From contig CAWJJC010000028.1 in NCBI GenBank assembly GCA_963843145.1, forward strand, positions 384,001-448,000: a stretch of 64,000 nucleotides of DNA, in the 5' to 3' direction. Below the pieces are notes generated by a model. It ran no database searches and was not told the origin of the DNA. It worked only from the letters and a program-made list of their open reading frames with translations. A program made the translations under genes and the position numbers. Numbering within the stretch: position 1 is the stretch's first letter; every line of letters begins with the position of its first letter. Below, piece by piece: positions 48,144 through 59,428 of the stretch. Source of the DNA: an uncultured delta proteobacterium (GTDB taxonomy: Bacteria; Desulfobacterota; RBG-13-43-22).

Positions 48144-48553
48144 GCCCCACCTCCGTCGGAAAATCTAATTTTATAAACGTAGACCGGCCTAAATTCAAGA
48201 AAAAAAAGGCTTAGCTGCGAACTTGATCCGGGGGCAGCAATCCCCCCGATTGGGCTTGGGGAGCGTGGTACATTAATGGGGGGATTGCTTCGTTCTGACA
48301 ATGACCAGTAATCCGGATATTTTCATGCTTCGAGGATACCCTACCCGTGGAAGCCAGTATAATAATTAGCATGAATGGTGCCTAATGTCAAAATTGTCCC
48401 TCCCAGGATCTGAGTTCACCCAGGAATTGTTTAAATAGGCGAATATTGCCTAGCAACTCCCCCCCAGGATCAGGTCCGATTTAACCATCCATCCTGATTG
48501 ACTTTTATTTGCCTTTGGACTATTCTCGATTTTGAAACAAAAAGGAGCCATCC

Positions 48554-49087
48554 ATGTCCCGACCCCCCCAAAAAGAACGCCTTTTCTCCAGCCGTGAGAT
48601 TCAGAAAAGGGTGGGAGAACTGGCCCGGACCCTTTCCCGGGATTATAGGGGCCGGGAACTGGTCCTGATCGGAGTCCTGAACGGGGCCTTCATCTTCCTG
48701 GCCGATTTGGTGAAACGAATGACCATTCCGGTCCAGATAGATTTTGTTCGCTTGTCCAGTTACGGCAGCGGCAGTGAGAGCCAGGGCCGGATAAAAGTGA
48801 TCAAACCGACGGAATTTTCCCTGGCGGGGAAGTCGGTGCTGATAGTGGAGGACATCATTGATACCGGCTTGACGCTGGATTTTTTGTGCCGGTCCTTAAA
48901 AGAGCAAAATCCGGAGTCTGTCCGCATCTGCGCTTTGGTCGATAAGAGCGAACGGAGGAAACTGCCCGTGTCCATCGATTATGCGGGGTTTGTCGTTCCT
49001 TCGGGATTTATTGTCGGCTATGGCCTGGATTTCAATGAACAGTATCGGCAGCTTCCGGCTATTTATCGTTTGTTATCTTTTGGGTAG
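48554..49087 (+). CDS. hpt: Hypoxanthine phosphoribosyltransferase
   Basis: VLIVEDIIDTGLTL, FIVGYGLD. Confidence 0.95.
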   Translation: MSRPPQKERLFSSREIQKRVGELARTLSRDYRGRELVLIGVLNGAFIFLADLVKRMTIPVQIDFVRLSSYGSGSESQGRIKVIKPTEFSLAGKSVLIVEDIIDTGLTLDFLCRSLKEQNPESVRICALVDKSERRKLPVSIDYAGFVVPSGFIVGYGLDFNEQYRQLPAIYRLLSFG

Positions 49088-49113
49088 ATTATTTATGGTA
49101 TACCGCTAATTTT

Positions 49114-49200
49114 TCGTCATTCCCGAATGTCTTTATCGGGGGGCCAGTGTTCTTTGAGAAAATCCTGGATTCCCGCTCAGAAGCGCTGCGGGAATGACGA
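49114..49200. repeat. Palindromic element TCGTCATTCCCG...CGGGAATGACGA
   Basis: 12-bp terminal inverted repeat; same family as 3310-3399. Confidence 0.75.
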
Positions 49201-49242
49201 CTTGGTTTGAATTCGTTTTTAATTTGAACTTAGGAGAACGTC

Positions 49243-50022
49243 GTGCAGATTCAATGTCCCCAATGCGAAACGACCTTCCAATTGGATGAAAATCAATTAG
49301 GGGAAAGCGGTTCCAAGGTGCGTTGCAGTCGGTGCGGTCGGATTTTTTGGGCCGAGGCCCCGGCTAAGAAGGAAGCGCCGTCACCGGAAGAGACTACCCC
49401 GGAAGAGTCCGACCTTCCGTCGGAAGAAGAGCTTATGACCGCCTTCCAAGGACCTCCCCAGCGCCGGGTCAGAGCAATGGTCGGGTTTTTCATGCTGTTG
49501 CTGCTTTTGGTCGTTACCGTCCGCTATTCCTATCTGCAACTCCTGGAACCCGACCAGGAATTCGGCGAAACGGTCAAGAAGGTATTTTTTCTGGACTCCG
49601 ATCCGCGGGGCGCTAAAAAAATTCGCTTGCAAGAGGTCAAGGGCTACTTCAAAACCAATCCCCTGGAGGGCCGTTTTTTCGTGGTGGAGGGGAAGGTGGT
49701 GAACGGCTACAGCAACCCCCGTGATTCTATCCATCTGCGCGGGAATCTGAAAAACGCCGCTCAGCAGGTGGTGGCGACCCGGGAAGTGGTGGCCGGTTGG
49801 AGTTTGAATCCGGAGGAACTGGAGACGTTGTCCTTCGCCGAGATCAATACCCTGGCCGCCGGCCAGCCGCAACGTTTTTCTTCCAAGATTCGCCTGGCCC
49901 CAACAGCCGCAGCCCCTTTCATGATCATCTTTCCCCCTTCACCACAACCGTTGGCCGAATTTTCCGTGGAAGTTGTCGATTCGAAAAAAAGTTCGGCGGC
50001 GGCCCAATTCACCCATAAATAG
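49243..50022 (+). CDS. Zinc-ribbon (MJ0042-like) DUF3426 domain membrane protein
   Basis: CPQC..F.L...VRCSRC, one TM helix, PFMIIF. Confidence 0.8.
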   Translation: MQIQCPQCETTFQLDENQLGESGSKVRCSRCGRIFWAEAPAKKEAPSPEETTPEESDLPSEEELMTAFQGPPQRRVRAMVGFFMLLLLLVVTVRYSYLQLLEPDQEFGETVKKVFFLDSDPRGAKKIRLQEVKGYFKTNPLEGRFFVVEGKVVNGYSNPRDSIHLRGNLKNAAQQVVATREVVAGWSLNPEELETLSFAEINTLAAGQPQRFSSKIRLAPTAAAPFMIIFPPSPQPLAEFSVEVVDSKKSSAAAQFTHK

Positions 50023-50025
50023 GCC

Positions 50026-51027
50026 ATGTCCGTTGCCCGCTGGATTCTGATCAATTGCCTGATCTTCTCGATTATCCTCCTGGGGGGGAGCGCAGGGTTC
50101 CTCGTCATCGAAGGGCCTCACTGGAGCCTGTTGGACGCCGTGTATCAGACCATAACCACCATATCCACCGTGGGCTTCATGGAGGTCCATCCCTTGAGTC
50201 CGGCCGGCCGGATCTTTACCATCTTTCTGATCCTGGCCGGCGTCGGTTTTATTTTTTATTTCCTAGCCCGGATGACCGAGATTGTGGTTGAAGGGACGAT
50301 TAAGGATATTTATGGGAGGCGGAAATTGGATAAGAAAGTGACGCGTCTGGAAGGGCACTACATCGTTTGCGGGTACGGCCGAATCGGTCGGACGGTCACC
50401 CAACTTCTGAAAGAAAAACCCCTGGAGGTGGTAGTCATTGAAAAAGACCCGGAATACATACCCCTGTTCCAGGAAAAAGGGATTCTCTATCTTATGGGTG
50501 AGGCGACCGATGAAGACGTTCTGCTCAAGGCCGGGATCAAGAGGGCCAAGGGCCTGGTGGCTGCCGTTTCCTCCGATGCCGACAATGTCTACATCACCCT
50601 GACAGCCCGGGGATTGAATGCCCAGCTATTTATCCTGGCCCGGGCCGCCGAGGAGGCCTCCGGCCGGAAGATGCTCCGGGCCGGGGCCGATAAGGTGGTT
50701 TCGCCTTATGACATCGGGGCGCGACGTATGGCCAATACCATCCTCCGGCCGACGGTCATCGATTTCATTGAACTGGCCATGCACACTAAGAGTCTGGATC
50801 TGGCCATGGAGGAGATTACCGTTCAGGAGGGTGCCCTGCTTCATGACGTTACCCTACTGGAGGCATCCATCCGCAAGGATTATAACCTGATCGTGGTGGC
50901 CATCAAGAAGCGTTCCGGCGAGATGATCTTTAACCCCTATTCCCAGACCAAAATCCATCTGGGCGATACCCTGGTCGTCCTGGGGGACCGGGAGAACGTG
51001 TCTTTGCTGGAGAAGAAGCTGAGGTGA
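50026..51027 (+). CDS. Potassium channel with TrkA-N/TrkA-C (RCK) domains
   Basis: TISTVGF selectivity filter, GYGRIG. Confidence 0.9.
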   Translation: MSVARWILINCLIFSIILLGGSAGFLVIEGPHWSLLDAVYQTITTISTVGFMEVHPLSPAGRIFTIFLILAGVGFIFYFLARMTEIVVEGTIKDIYGRRKLDKKVTRLEGHYIVCGYGRIGRTVTQLLKEKPLEVVVIEKDPEYIPLFQEKGILYLMGEATDEDVLLKAGIKRAKGLVAAVSSDADNVYITLTARGLNAQLFILARAAEEASGRKMLRAGADKVVSPYDIGARRMANTILRPTVIDFIELAMHTKSLDLAMEEITVQEGALLHDVTLLEASIRKDYNLIVVAIKKRSGEMIFNPYSQTKIHLGDTLVVLGDRENVSLLEKKLR

Positions 51028-51028
51028 G

Positions 51029-51883
51029 TTAACCGGACCCATAACTATGCAGGCCCGACAATATAAAATTAACCCCGAAATAAGTGAAAAGTACACAGGC
51101 AAAGCCGATAATGGAAAACCAGGCGATCCGTTTTCCGTACCAACCTTTCATCATTCGAGCATGCAATAACGTGGCATAGACCAGCCAGGTAATGAGCGAC
51201 CAGGTTTCTTTCGGGTCCCAGCTCCAGTAAGTCCCCCAGGCCGAATGGGCCCAGATGGCCCCGGTAGCGATCCCGACGGTGAGCAACAAAAACCCCACGA
51301 TCACCGTTTGATAAACCAAATCATCTAAAACCGACTGCTCCGGCAGAAAGCCTGTAGATTTTGCAGCGGAGGACTTTGCTTTTTCCGGTCTTTTGCCGCG
51401 GAGCAGGTACATGAAAGCCAATCCGCAGGAAACGGCAAAGGCGGCGTACCCTAAAAAACAGGTGATGACATGAGCGATCAGCCAGTTGCTCTTCAGGGCC
51501 GGCAGCAGGGGCTGGATCCGGGTATTCATATCCGGGGAAAAGGAGGCGTAGGCCATGGAAAGAAAGGCAAAGGGCAGGGTAAAGGCCCCAATGGTTTTCA
51601 GCCCGGTTTTGAACTCGATCCACAAGTAAATGAAGGCGATGGTCCAGGCAAAGAAAATAAGGGATTCGTAGAGATTGGAAAAAGGGGCGTGGCCGATCCC
51701 CAGTTGATAGGATTCAATCCAGCGCCAGATGATGGCCCAGGTTTGAAGAGCAAGAACAATCAGGGTGATCCAGGTGGCCAAACGGCCAAAAGCATCTCTC
51801 CGGAAAACCAGTAAGAGTAAATAGGCCAAGGCGGCGAATAAATAGCCGAAAGTGACGATACTCAGGATAAAAGAGCTGCTCAT
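51029..51883 (-). CDS. ccsB: System II cytochrome c biogenesis protein (CcsA/ResC type)
   Basis: WA..AWG.YWSWDPKETW (WWD domain), GLHSY. Confidence 0.95.
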   Translation of the reverse strand: MSSSFILSIVTFGYLFAALAYLLLLVFRRDAFGRLATWITLIVLALQTWAIIWRWIESYQLGIGHAPFSNLYESLIFFAWTIAFIYLWIEFKTGLKTIGAFTLPFAFLSMAYASFSPDMNTRIQPLLPALKSNWLIAHVITCFLGYAAFAVSCGLAFMYLLRGKRPEKAKSSAAKSTGFLPEQSVLDDLVYQTVIVGFLLLTVGIATGAIWAHSAWGTYWSWDPKETWSLITWLVYATLLHARMMKGWYGKRIAWFSIIGFACVLFTYFGVNFILSGLHSYGSG

Positions 51884-51893
51884 AGTAAATCCT

Positions 51894-51983
51894 CATGCCC
51901 GGAGCGGGCAACCACAAAGCATAAAAGACCTTTCATCATACTAAACCCCCATGCCCCGAGCGGGCGCCCTAAGGCATGAAAAT
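51894..51983. repeat. Tandem imperfect direct repeat CATGCCC.GAGCGGGC...GCAT.AAA
   Basis: Two ~35-bp units; loosely related sequences at ~21431, ~48320 and ~60130. Confidence 0.5.
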
Positions 51984-52019
51984 AACAGGGCCGAGATAAC
52001 TCCTTAACCGCATGATATT

Positions 52020-52065
52020 AATAATCAATAATCAATTGTTCATTATCAATTGATTATTGATTATT
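52020..52065. repeat. AT-rich heptamer hairpin AATAATC(x2)...GATTATT(x2)
   Basis: Perfect inverted repeat; second copy at 60206-60251. Confidence 0.75.
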
Positions 52066-52116
52066 GGCCTTTTTGCAGGTCATGGAGTCTATTTTCGTAT
52101 TAAACCACAATAAACG

Positions 52117-53478
52117 CTATTCATTCCCCCAACGGTTGACCAGGCGTTCCAGATTGAGGATAAAACCGGCCCGATTCTTATGGGCCGTTCCCCCAAAATC
52201 CAGTTCCATCCGGGTTTTCCCTTTGGGGTCCGTTTTCTCCCGGATCCAGACCCAGACCTGCTGATGGGAAAAATAAAAGGCCGCGATGAAGCCCAAGAGC
52301 ATCAGGCAGGAGCCGATCCAGATAAACCAGATGCCGGGATCCTGGTTGACCTGCAGTCCGGTGACGTACCGGGTTTTCATTCCTTCCACTTTGATCCGGA
52401 AGTCGGCCAGTTGATTGCCGTGAAACTCGGGGTGTTCGGCCAGGATCCAGCTATGTTCCACTTCCCGGCCGTCTTTAAGCAGGACCAAACCCAAGGCCGG
52501 GCCAAAGTTCGAAAGGTCATTGACAAACCGTTCCAGGGAAAGACTGTACGGGGTGCCGGGAATCTCCGTGATCTGCCCTTGGGCCACGGTCACTTTCCGG
52601 ACCTGGTCACCCTGAGCCAACGAGAGGTCCACGGTCGAGGGCACCCGATCCCAGGTGGCCTGATAAAAGGTAATTCCCTGATAGGTGAAAGGATCATTAA
52701 CCCGGATGGATGCTTTTTGAACCTCCCGGCCCCCTTCAAGAATGGTCAAGTCCGAGCGGTATTCCTTGGGCATCCCGTTTTCATAGAAAGAGACCAGAAA
52801 ACGGTCGCAACGAACGGAAAAACCAAGTGCCCGAAGTCCGCCGGAGTTGCTAATGGTAATTTTGTCTTTCGTTTCCCCTTCCTTCAAATCCATAAAGCCT
52901 TTAAAACCCCAAAGGGATCCGGCGATGGCCCCGGCAAAGATCACCAGGATGCTGAAATGGACTAAATAAACGCCCAAACGGGAGTACCGTCCCTTCTCGG
53001 CGTAAAAAGCCAGGCCTGAAGGGGCCTCCAGGGTCTTTACCGTCTTGAATTTTTTCCCCAACAGGGCGTGCACCCGCTCCCGCGAAGTGTCCAGGTCAAT
53101 GGACAGGCGCATTTTTTTTCGAAAGGGCAGGGTGTCAAATAAGCCGTCACTAACGGGGCGGGGCGGCGCCTGGATGACCTTCCAGGTACTCGAGAAACGC
53201 TTGAGGGAGCAGACAATCAGGTTGACGGATAAGAGCAGCAAGAGCCACTGAAACCACCAGGAATGATACATGTCCTGGAGCTGGAAAAACGCGAACAGCC
53301 TGGCGGTTGTCGGTCCAGAGCGTTGGACAACCATTTCTAAAGGCTCGCCCTGGGGCAAAACGGTCCCGATGATGGACGTGGCGGCCAGGGTGATCAGGAT
53401 CACGATGGCCAGTTTGACCGAAGCAAAAAAATCAATAATTTGAGCAAAAAATCCTTTGGGAGTCCGGTTTCCGGCCAT
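52117..53478 (-). CDS. resB: Cytochrome c biogenesis protein ResB
   Basis: SIIGT.LPQ, YHSWWF, LIVCS, VHFS, TGLQV..DPG. Confidence 0.92.
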   Translation of the reverse strand: MAGNRTPKGFFAQIIDFFASVKLAIVILITLAATSIIGTVLPQGEPLEMVVQRSGPTTARLFAFFQLQDMYHSWWFQWLLLLLSVNLIVCSLKRFSSTWKVIQAPPRPVSDGLFDTLPFRKKMRLSIDLDTSRERVHALLGKKFKTVKTLEAPSGLAFYAEKGRYSRLGVYLVHFSILVIFAGAIAGSLWGFKGFMDLKEGETKDKITISNSGGLRALGFSVRCDRFLVSFYENGMPKEYRSDLTILEGGREVQKASIRVNDPFTYQGITFYQATWDRVPSTVDLSLAQGDQVRKVTVAQGQITEIPGTPYSLSLERFVNDLSNFGPALGLVLLKDGREVEHSWILAEHPEFHGNQLADFRIKVEGMKTRYVTGLQVNQDPGIWFIWIGSCLMLLGFIAAFYFSHQQVWVWIREKTDPKGKTRMELDFGGTAHKNRAGFILNLERLVNRWGNE

Positions 53479-53619
53479 GATTGAATAGGGTACTCGTCGA
53501 TTCGTTTATTTGGCGCCCAAGCCATTAATGGGCAGGTAAGTTAAAATAATGCATCGGTTAAAAAAAACAACCCTTTCAACTAAGTTTCCAATTCGGGTCA
53601 ATCCCATTTATTCATTTGA

Positions 53620-55325
<1,706 letters not shown>

Positions 55326-55328
55326 GGT

Positions 55329-55547
55329 TTAACCCAACCGCTCACTTTTGAGCGTCTTCAGTCGATTCTGGATTTTCTGCACCAAGGCTTTAAGGTCGAG
55401 TTGCATACCGGACAAATCCTGATGGCGTTTATCCGCTACCCGTTGGATTTCTCCCAGCCAATATTGGACCACTTCCATTTCTTTTTTGGCCAATTCCTCC
55501 TGGATCCGCTGATTCATCTGGCGGATCACCGCAACGTCTAACGGCAT
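55329..55547 (-). CDS. Small helical hypothetical protein
   Basis: GGAGG RBS, apparently co-transcribed with queD. Confidence 0.65.
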   Translation of the reverse strand: MPLDVAVIRQMNQRIQEELAKKEMEVVQYWLGEIQRVADKRHQDLSGMQLDLKALVQKIQNRLKTLKSERLG

Positions 55548-55709
55548 AGGGCCCCTCCCGGCAATAGATTTTAAATGGCCATTTAATACCTGTATGTTAA
55601 CGTTAGGGAGCGTTTCCTGTCAACCGGCCATTTAACCTCTCCCGTCGGAACGGTTCTAACTTAAAGGGTTGACAGAGGAAATAAGAAAGGTTAAGGTAAA
55701 AGGCTAATT

Positions 55710-57383
55710 ATGAATACTAAAATTTTAAAAACCGGGTTGATTTTTCTTTTGGGGCTTTGTTTTTTTTGTCCACTGACCGTTTTCGGGGCGGCTGAAACCG
55801 CTAAAGTGGCTCTTCTGCCCTTGACCATCAACGCCCCCGACCGCCTGGACTACCTGCGCCAGGGCCTTCAGGACATCATGGCCTCCCGGATATCCTGGGA
55901 GGGGAAAGTTCTGGTGCTGGATAAGACGCTGGTGCAGAAGGCCTTGACCCAAGTCCCGGGGTCAATCGATGAAACCCGGGCCCTGGAGATCGGTAAAAAT
56001 CTAGGGGCCGATTACGTGATTTTCGGGAGCCTGACCATGGCCGGCACCAGTGTAAGCATTGATCTGCGGGTGGCCGACTTGAACAAAAAACAGGCGGGAG
56101 ATAAATTTTTTACCCAGGCCAAGGGAGTGGACGAAGTCATCCCCCGAATAAACGACTTGATCGAAGACCTCAATGAAAAAGTCTTTAAGCGGCCCCGAAC
56201 CCCAGCGGCGGCCGTTAAAGGTCCGATTGAGCTGCGGTCGGCCGCCGCCGGGGAGAAAGCGCCCATTGCCCTAAAGGATTTCACCTTGAAACCCCTGTCC
56301 CCTAAGATCAACATGAATGCCGGCGGTTTCGATCTGGCCGGTATCTGGCGGAGCAGCCTACTGCCATACGCCATGCGGGATTTGGCTTTTGGCGATTTCG
56401 ACGGGGACGGCAATCTGGAAACGGTGGTCATCAGTCAGAAAGCCGTTTATATCTACCGCTTCAAAGATGAAAAGTTTGAGCTGCTCAAGGAAATCAAGGG
56501 GGGGCGGAATGACAACTATGTCGGCGTGGATGTGGCGGATATCAAAGGTGCCGGAAGGCCCCAGATTTTCGTCAGCAACTTCCGCGAAGACGGTGATCGG
56601 TCACTGGTGGTCTCCTGGGACCAGGGCAATTATGCGGTCATCGCCGAAAAAATACCCTACCTTTTCCGGGTTCATCGTCTGCCGGGACGGGGCCAGGTTT
56701 TGTTGGGGCAGCAGCGGTGGGGGGATTGGGCCTTGGGCGGACCCATCAAGGTCCTTTCCTGGAAAGATAACCGCTATACCCCCACGGAAACCTTGAAACT
56801 TCCCGAGGGAATAAACATTTACAATTTCACCGTGGCGGATTTAAACGGGGACGGTTCTCCAGAAACTATTTATTTGAATGATAAGAATCAATTGGTCATA
56901 CTGTCCGATAAAGGGAAAATGGAATTCACCAGCTCCGCCCATTACGGGGGCACCGTAAATATGATTACCTCCAAGCAATTTACCACCGTCGATGCAGTCA
57001 GTGGGACCATCATGAGTGATCGGGTCGGACGGACCTATTTGCCGGCTCGATTGGTGGTGGTCCCGGGCATGACTCCGGGTAAAATGGAGATTATCGTCAA
57101 TAAGAATAAAGATTCCCTTTGGAATGTTGTCGACCGCTTTGAGTCTTTTACCAGCGGGGTGATTTATTCACTCACTTGGGACGGGACGGAAGTCAAAGAA
57201 GGGTGGCGGACCATGACCATCAATGACTACGTGGCCACTTACGGGGTGGAAGACTTCAAGAACAACCGCCAAAGACAGTTGGTCGTGGGCGTCGTTCAAT
57301 CCCAGGGGTTTCTTTTATTGTCCAGCGGGCGCAGCCTGCTGTATTGCTATGATTTAGGGTTGTTTAAGCCCGATAAAAAATAA
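55710..57383 (+). CDS. Secreted protein with TolB-N/CsgG-like domain and FG-GAP/VCBS repeats
   Basis: Signal peptide; GADYVIFGSLT; GDFDGDG, ADLNGDG repeats. Confidence 0.8.
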   Translation: MNTKILKTGLIFLLGLCFFCPLTVFGAAETAKVALLPLTINAPDRLDYLRQGLQDIMASRISWEGKVLVLDKTLVQKALTQVPGSIDETRALEIGKNLGADYVIFGSLTMAGTSVSIDLRVADLNKKQAGDKFFTQAKGVDEVIPRINDLIEDLNEKVFKRPRTPAAAVKGPIELRSAAAGEKAPIALKDFTLKPLSPKINMNAGGFDLAGIWRSSLLPYAMRDLAFGDFDGDGNLETVVISQKAVYIYRFKDEKFELLKEIKGGRNDNYVGVDVADIKGAGRPQIFVSNFREDGDRSLVVSWDQGNYAVIAEKIPYLFRVHRLPGRGQVLLGQQRWGDWALGGPIKVLSWKDNRYTPTETLKLPEGINIYNFTVADLNGDGSPETIYLNDKNQLVILSDKGKMEFTSSAHYGGTVNMITSKQFTTVDAVSGTIMSDRVGRTYLPARLVVVPGMTPGKMEIIVNKNKDSLWNVVDRFESFTSGVIYSLTWDGTEVKEGWRTMTINDYVATYGVEDFKNNRQRQLVVGVVQSQGFLLLSSGRSLLYCYDLGLFKPDKK

Positions 57384-57387
57384 TTCC

Positions 57388-57464
57388 GGCGGTGTAGCTC
57401 AGGTGGTCAGAGCATGCGGCTCATATCCGCAGTGTCCGGGGTTCAAATCCCTGCACCGCCACCA
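57388..57464 (+). tRNA. tRNA-Met (CAT), elongator type
   Basis: Cloverleaf GGCGGTG...CACCGCC-A-CCA; anticodon arm TGCGG-CTCATAT-CCGCA. Confidence 0.93.
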
Positions 57465-57534
57465 AATTTCAGAAAAGCCGATTTTTGGTTTGATCCCGGG
57501 AGCGGCTTCATCCCCGTTTTAAGAGACCTTGAAA

Positions 57535-57594
57535 ATGCGGATATTTTTTTCTTGTTTTTATTATTACTTTTATTCCGGCGTCTGCCCGGATTAA
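57535..57594 (+). CDS. Putative Phe/Tyr-rich attenuator leader peptide MRIFFSCFYYYFYSGVCPD
   Basis: 19 codons, 4 Phe plus 4 Tyr within 10 codons; hairpins and a terminator follow before the next gene. Confidence 0.65.
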   Translation: MRIFFSCFYYYFYSGVCPD

Positions 57595-57659
57595 GGGAGA
57601 CTGGAACCTCTTCTCCAGTAAAACCTGACCGGGACAGAGGCCGAAAGCGGCTGCCCCGG

Positions 57660-57692
57660 AAAAAAGCCCTGGGCCCCCTCAGGGCTTTTTTT
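57660..57692 (+). terminator. Attenuator-type intrinsic terminator
   Basis: AAAAAAGCCCTG-GGCCCCCT-CAGGGCTTTTTTT, 39 nt before the GNAT ATG. Confidence 0.85.
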
Positions 57693-57731
57693 ATTTGGCG
57701 AACAACTTTTTTACTTGATGGTGAGTAGGTT

Positions 57732-59360
57732 ATGCCTGTTAATGCTCCCTATACTAAAACCGGTCAGATCGCCAGGAAGTTTCAGCAGGCCGGTTTGGGA
57801 CTGAAAGAGATGCTGTCCTTAATCGAAATGACCTGGGAGGATAACCCCCAGGAATCTCCGCTGCTCCCTTCCAGTCAGGTCTTCGCGGATTTGGACCAAC
57901 TGATCCGTCACACCGCCCAAGGCAGCCGGATCAAACGTTTTCGGGCGGTTGACCGGAAGCATCCCTTTCAGGCCTTCGAGGTCTATACTCGGGAAGGGGA
58001 GATTTTGGGGTACCTGAATATGCTTTACTTCCGGAAACCGGTTCCCTGTTATTACCTGGTTTACGTGGAAATCGACCATCCTTTCCGGGGTCAGGGCCTG
58101 GGAGGTCGGATCATTGAAGCCTTCAAGGAGCTGGTGGAGAGCAAAGGCGCTCTGGGTTTACTCGACAACATCATCCCTCCCGATGACCCTACCTTTGATC
58201 TCTACACCAAGTTGGGCTGGAAACCCGTGGAGGCCTTTACCGGGACGATGGTGGGTCAACCCTCGGGACACTATCTGTTCTATCGTCCCGCTTCGATGAA
58301 GGTCAACAATCTGACCGAAAAACTGCCCAAGCTGCTTTTCAATCTCCAGAAGAAACGGCCGGTCATTGAGATGCGGGATAATGAGGAGATGGTTAAAAGG
58401 ACCATTCGGGAATTCAACCAGATCTACCTGGCGTTGGAAAAACTGTTTCAGGAGGAACTTCACCAAGGCCAGAGCACCCCCTTGATGCGATTTATGTTTA
58501 CCAAATTCACCACCCGATTTTTGCATTTTCGCCGAAGAATTCAGGACCTGCTGGGCTATACGGGGGGTGAGTCTCTGGAGCAAATTGCTTTTTCCGATTC
58601 GGTTAAAGGTTTGGTCATCCAGGCGTACAGTTTTAACTGGGAACCGGGCCTTAAGGTCAAGTCTTTTACCGAAGCATCTCTCTGGAACAGGCTCCCGGAA
58701 GAGATTCGAAAAAATCCTACCCGGGCCATCGAAGGACTTCCCTTGTACGGCCGGCCGTATTTGCGGGAATGGCTTAGAAAAACAGGCCGAAAGGAACCCC
58801 TGACCCTGACCATCGGCGATTTGCTGGACCTGGGTTTTGATCCCACCCGACTGCGGGAAATCGCCATCCAGGAAGAAGTTTTTATGTTGGAAAGAGTCAC
58901 GCCGTTGTTGTTCGCTGAAACTGAGGCTCGGGAGGCCGTCTTGAGAAAGGCGGGTCAGAAGGCCTTAAACTCCCGGATCCATGGTTCGCGTCTGCTGGTC
59001 AATCCCCCCCTGTTATGGATTAAGGAGCGGGGCAACGGCTATATTCTCAGAAAAAAGATTCCGGGTATCCACGGCGAAGAGGCCTTATCGCAACTCCGAA
59101 GTCAGGAAGCCCTAAAAGATCTGAGCCGGCAATTGCGAGTGGATAAAACCATTGAGCGGACCATCGGCGCGGTTCAGGACTTTTTAAAGTCCCACCTCCG
59201 GCTACCGGCCCTTTTGGCCCCGGCCGACTTAGCGGTTTTTGTTCCCTGGGATTTGCAGAGTAATCGACCGCTGGTCGCGATCGATGACCGGCTGCAGCCC
59301 TACCTGGAACAGGTCTGGCTGGCTGATTATAAAGAGACCGTGGTTCTTAAATTGGCTTGA
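57732..59360 (+). CDS. Large GNAT family N-acetyltransferase-domain protein
   Basis: YVEI...FRGQGLGGRI acetyl-CoA motif A, Y.KLGW; ~350-aa unknown C-terminal region. Confidence 0.75.
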   Translation: MPVNAPYTKTGQIARKFQQAGLGLKEMLSLIEMTWEDNPQESPLLPSSQVFADLDQLIRHTAQGSRIKRFRAVDRKHPFQAFEVYTREGEILGYLNMLYFRKPVPCYYLVYVEIDHPFRGQGLGGRIIEAFKELVESKGALGLLDNIIPPDDPTFDLYTKLGWKPVEAFTGTMVGQPSGHYLFYRPASMKVNNLTEKLPKLLFNLQKKRPVIEMRDNEEMVKRTIREFNQIYLALEKLFQEELHQGQSTPLMRFMFTKFTTRFLHFRRRIQDLLGYTGGESLEQIAFSDSVKGLVIQAYSFNWEPGLKVKSFTEASLWNRLPEEIRKNPTRAIEGLPLYGRPYLREWLRKTGRKEPLTLTIGDLLDLGFDPTRLREIAIQEEVFMLERVTPLLFAETEAREAVLRKAGQKALNSRIHGSRLLVNPPLLWIKERGNGYILRKKIPGIHGEEALSQLRSQEALKDLSRQLRVDKTIERTIGAVQDFLKSHLRLPALLAPADLAVFVPWDLQSNRPLVAIDDRLQPYLEQVWLADYKETVVLKLA

Positions 59361-59428
59361 CAGGCGAAGAGGGGTTCATTAATATAAAAAATTTAAAAAT
59401 TAAGCCGTTGCGGGAGAAGGCTGAGGGG

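Noticed and set aside
57595-57692. Metabolite riboswitch or T-box upstream of the GNAT gene
   Set aside because: No T-box or ykkC/SAM/TPP consensus seen; a leader-peptide attenuator explains the layout better.
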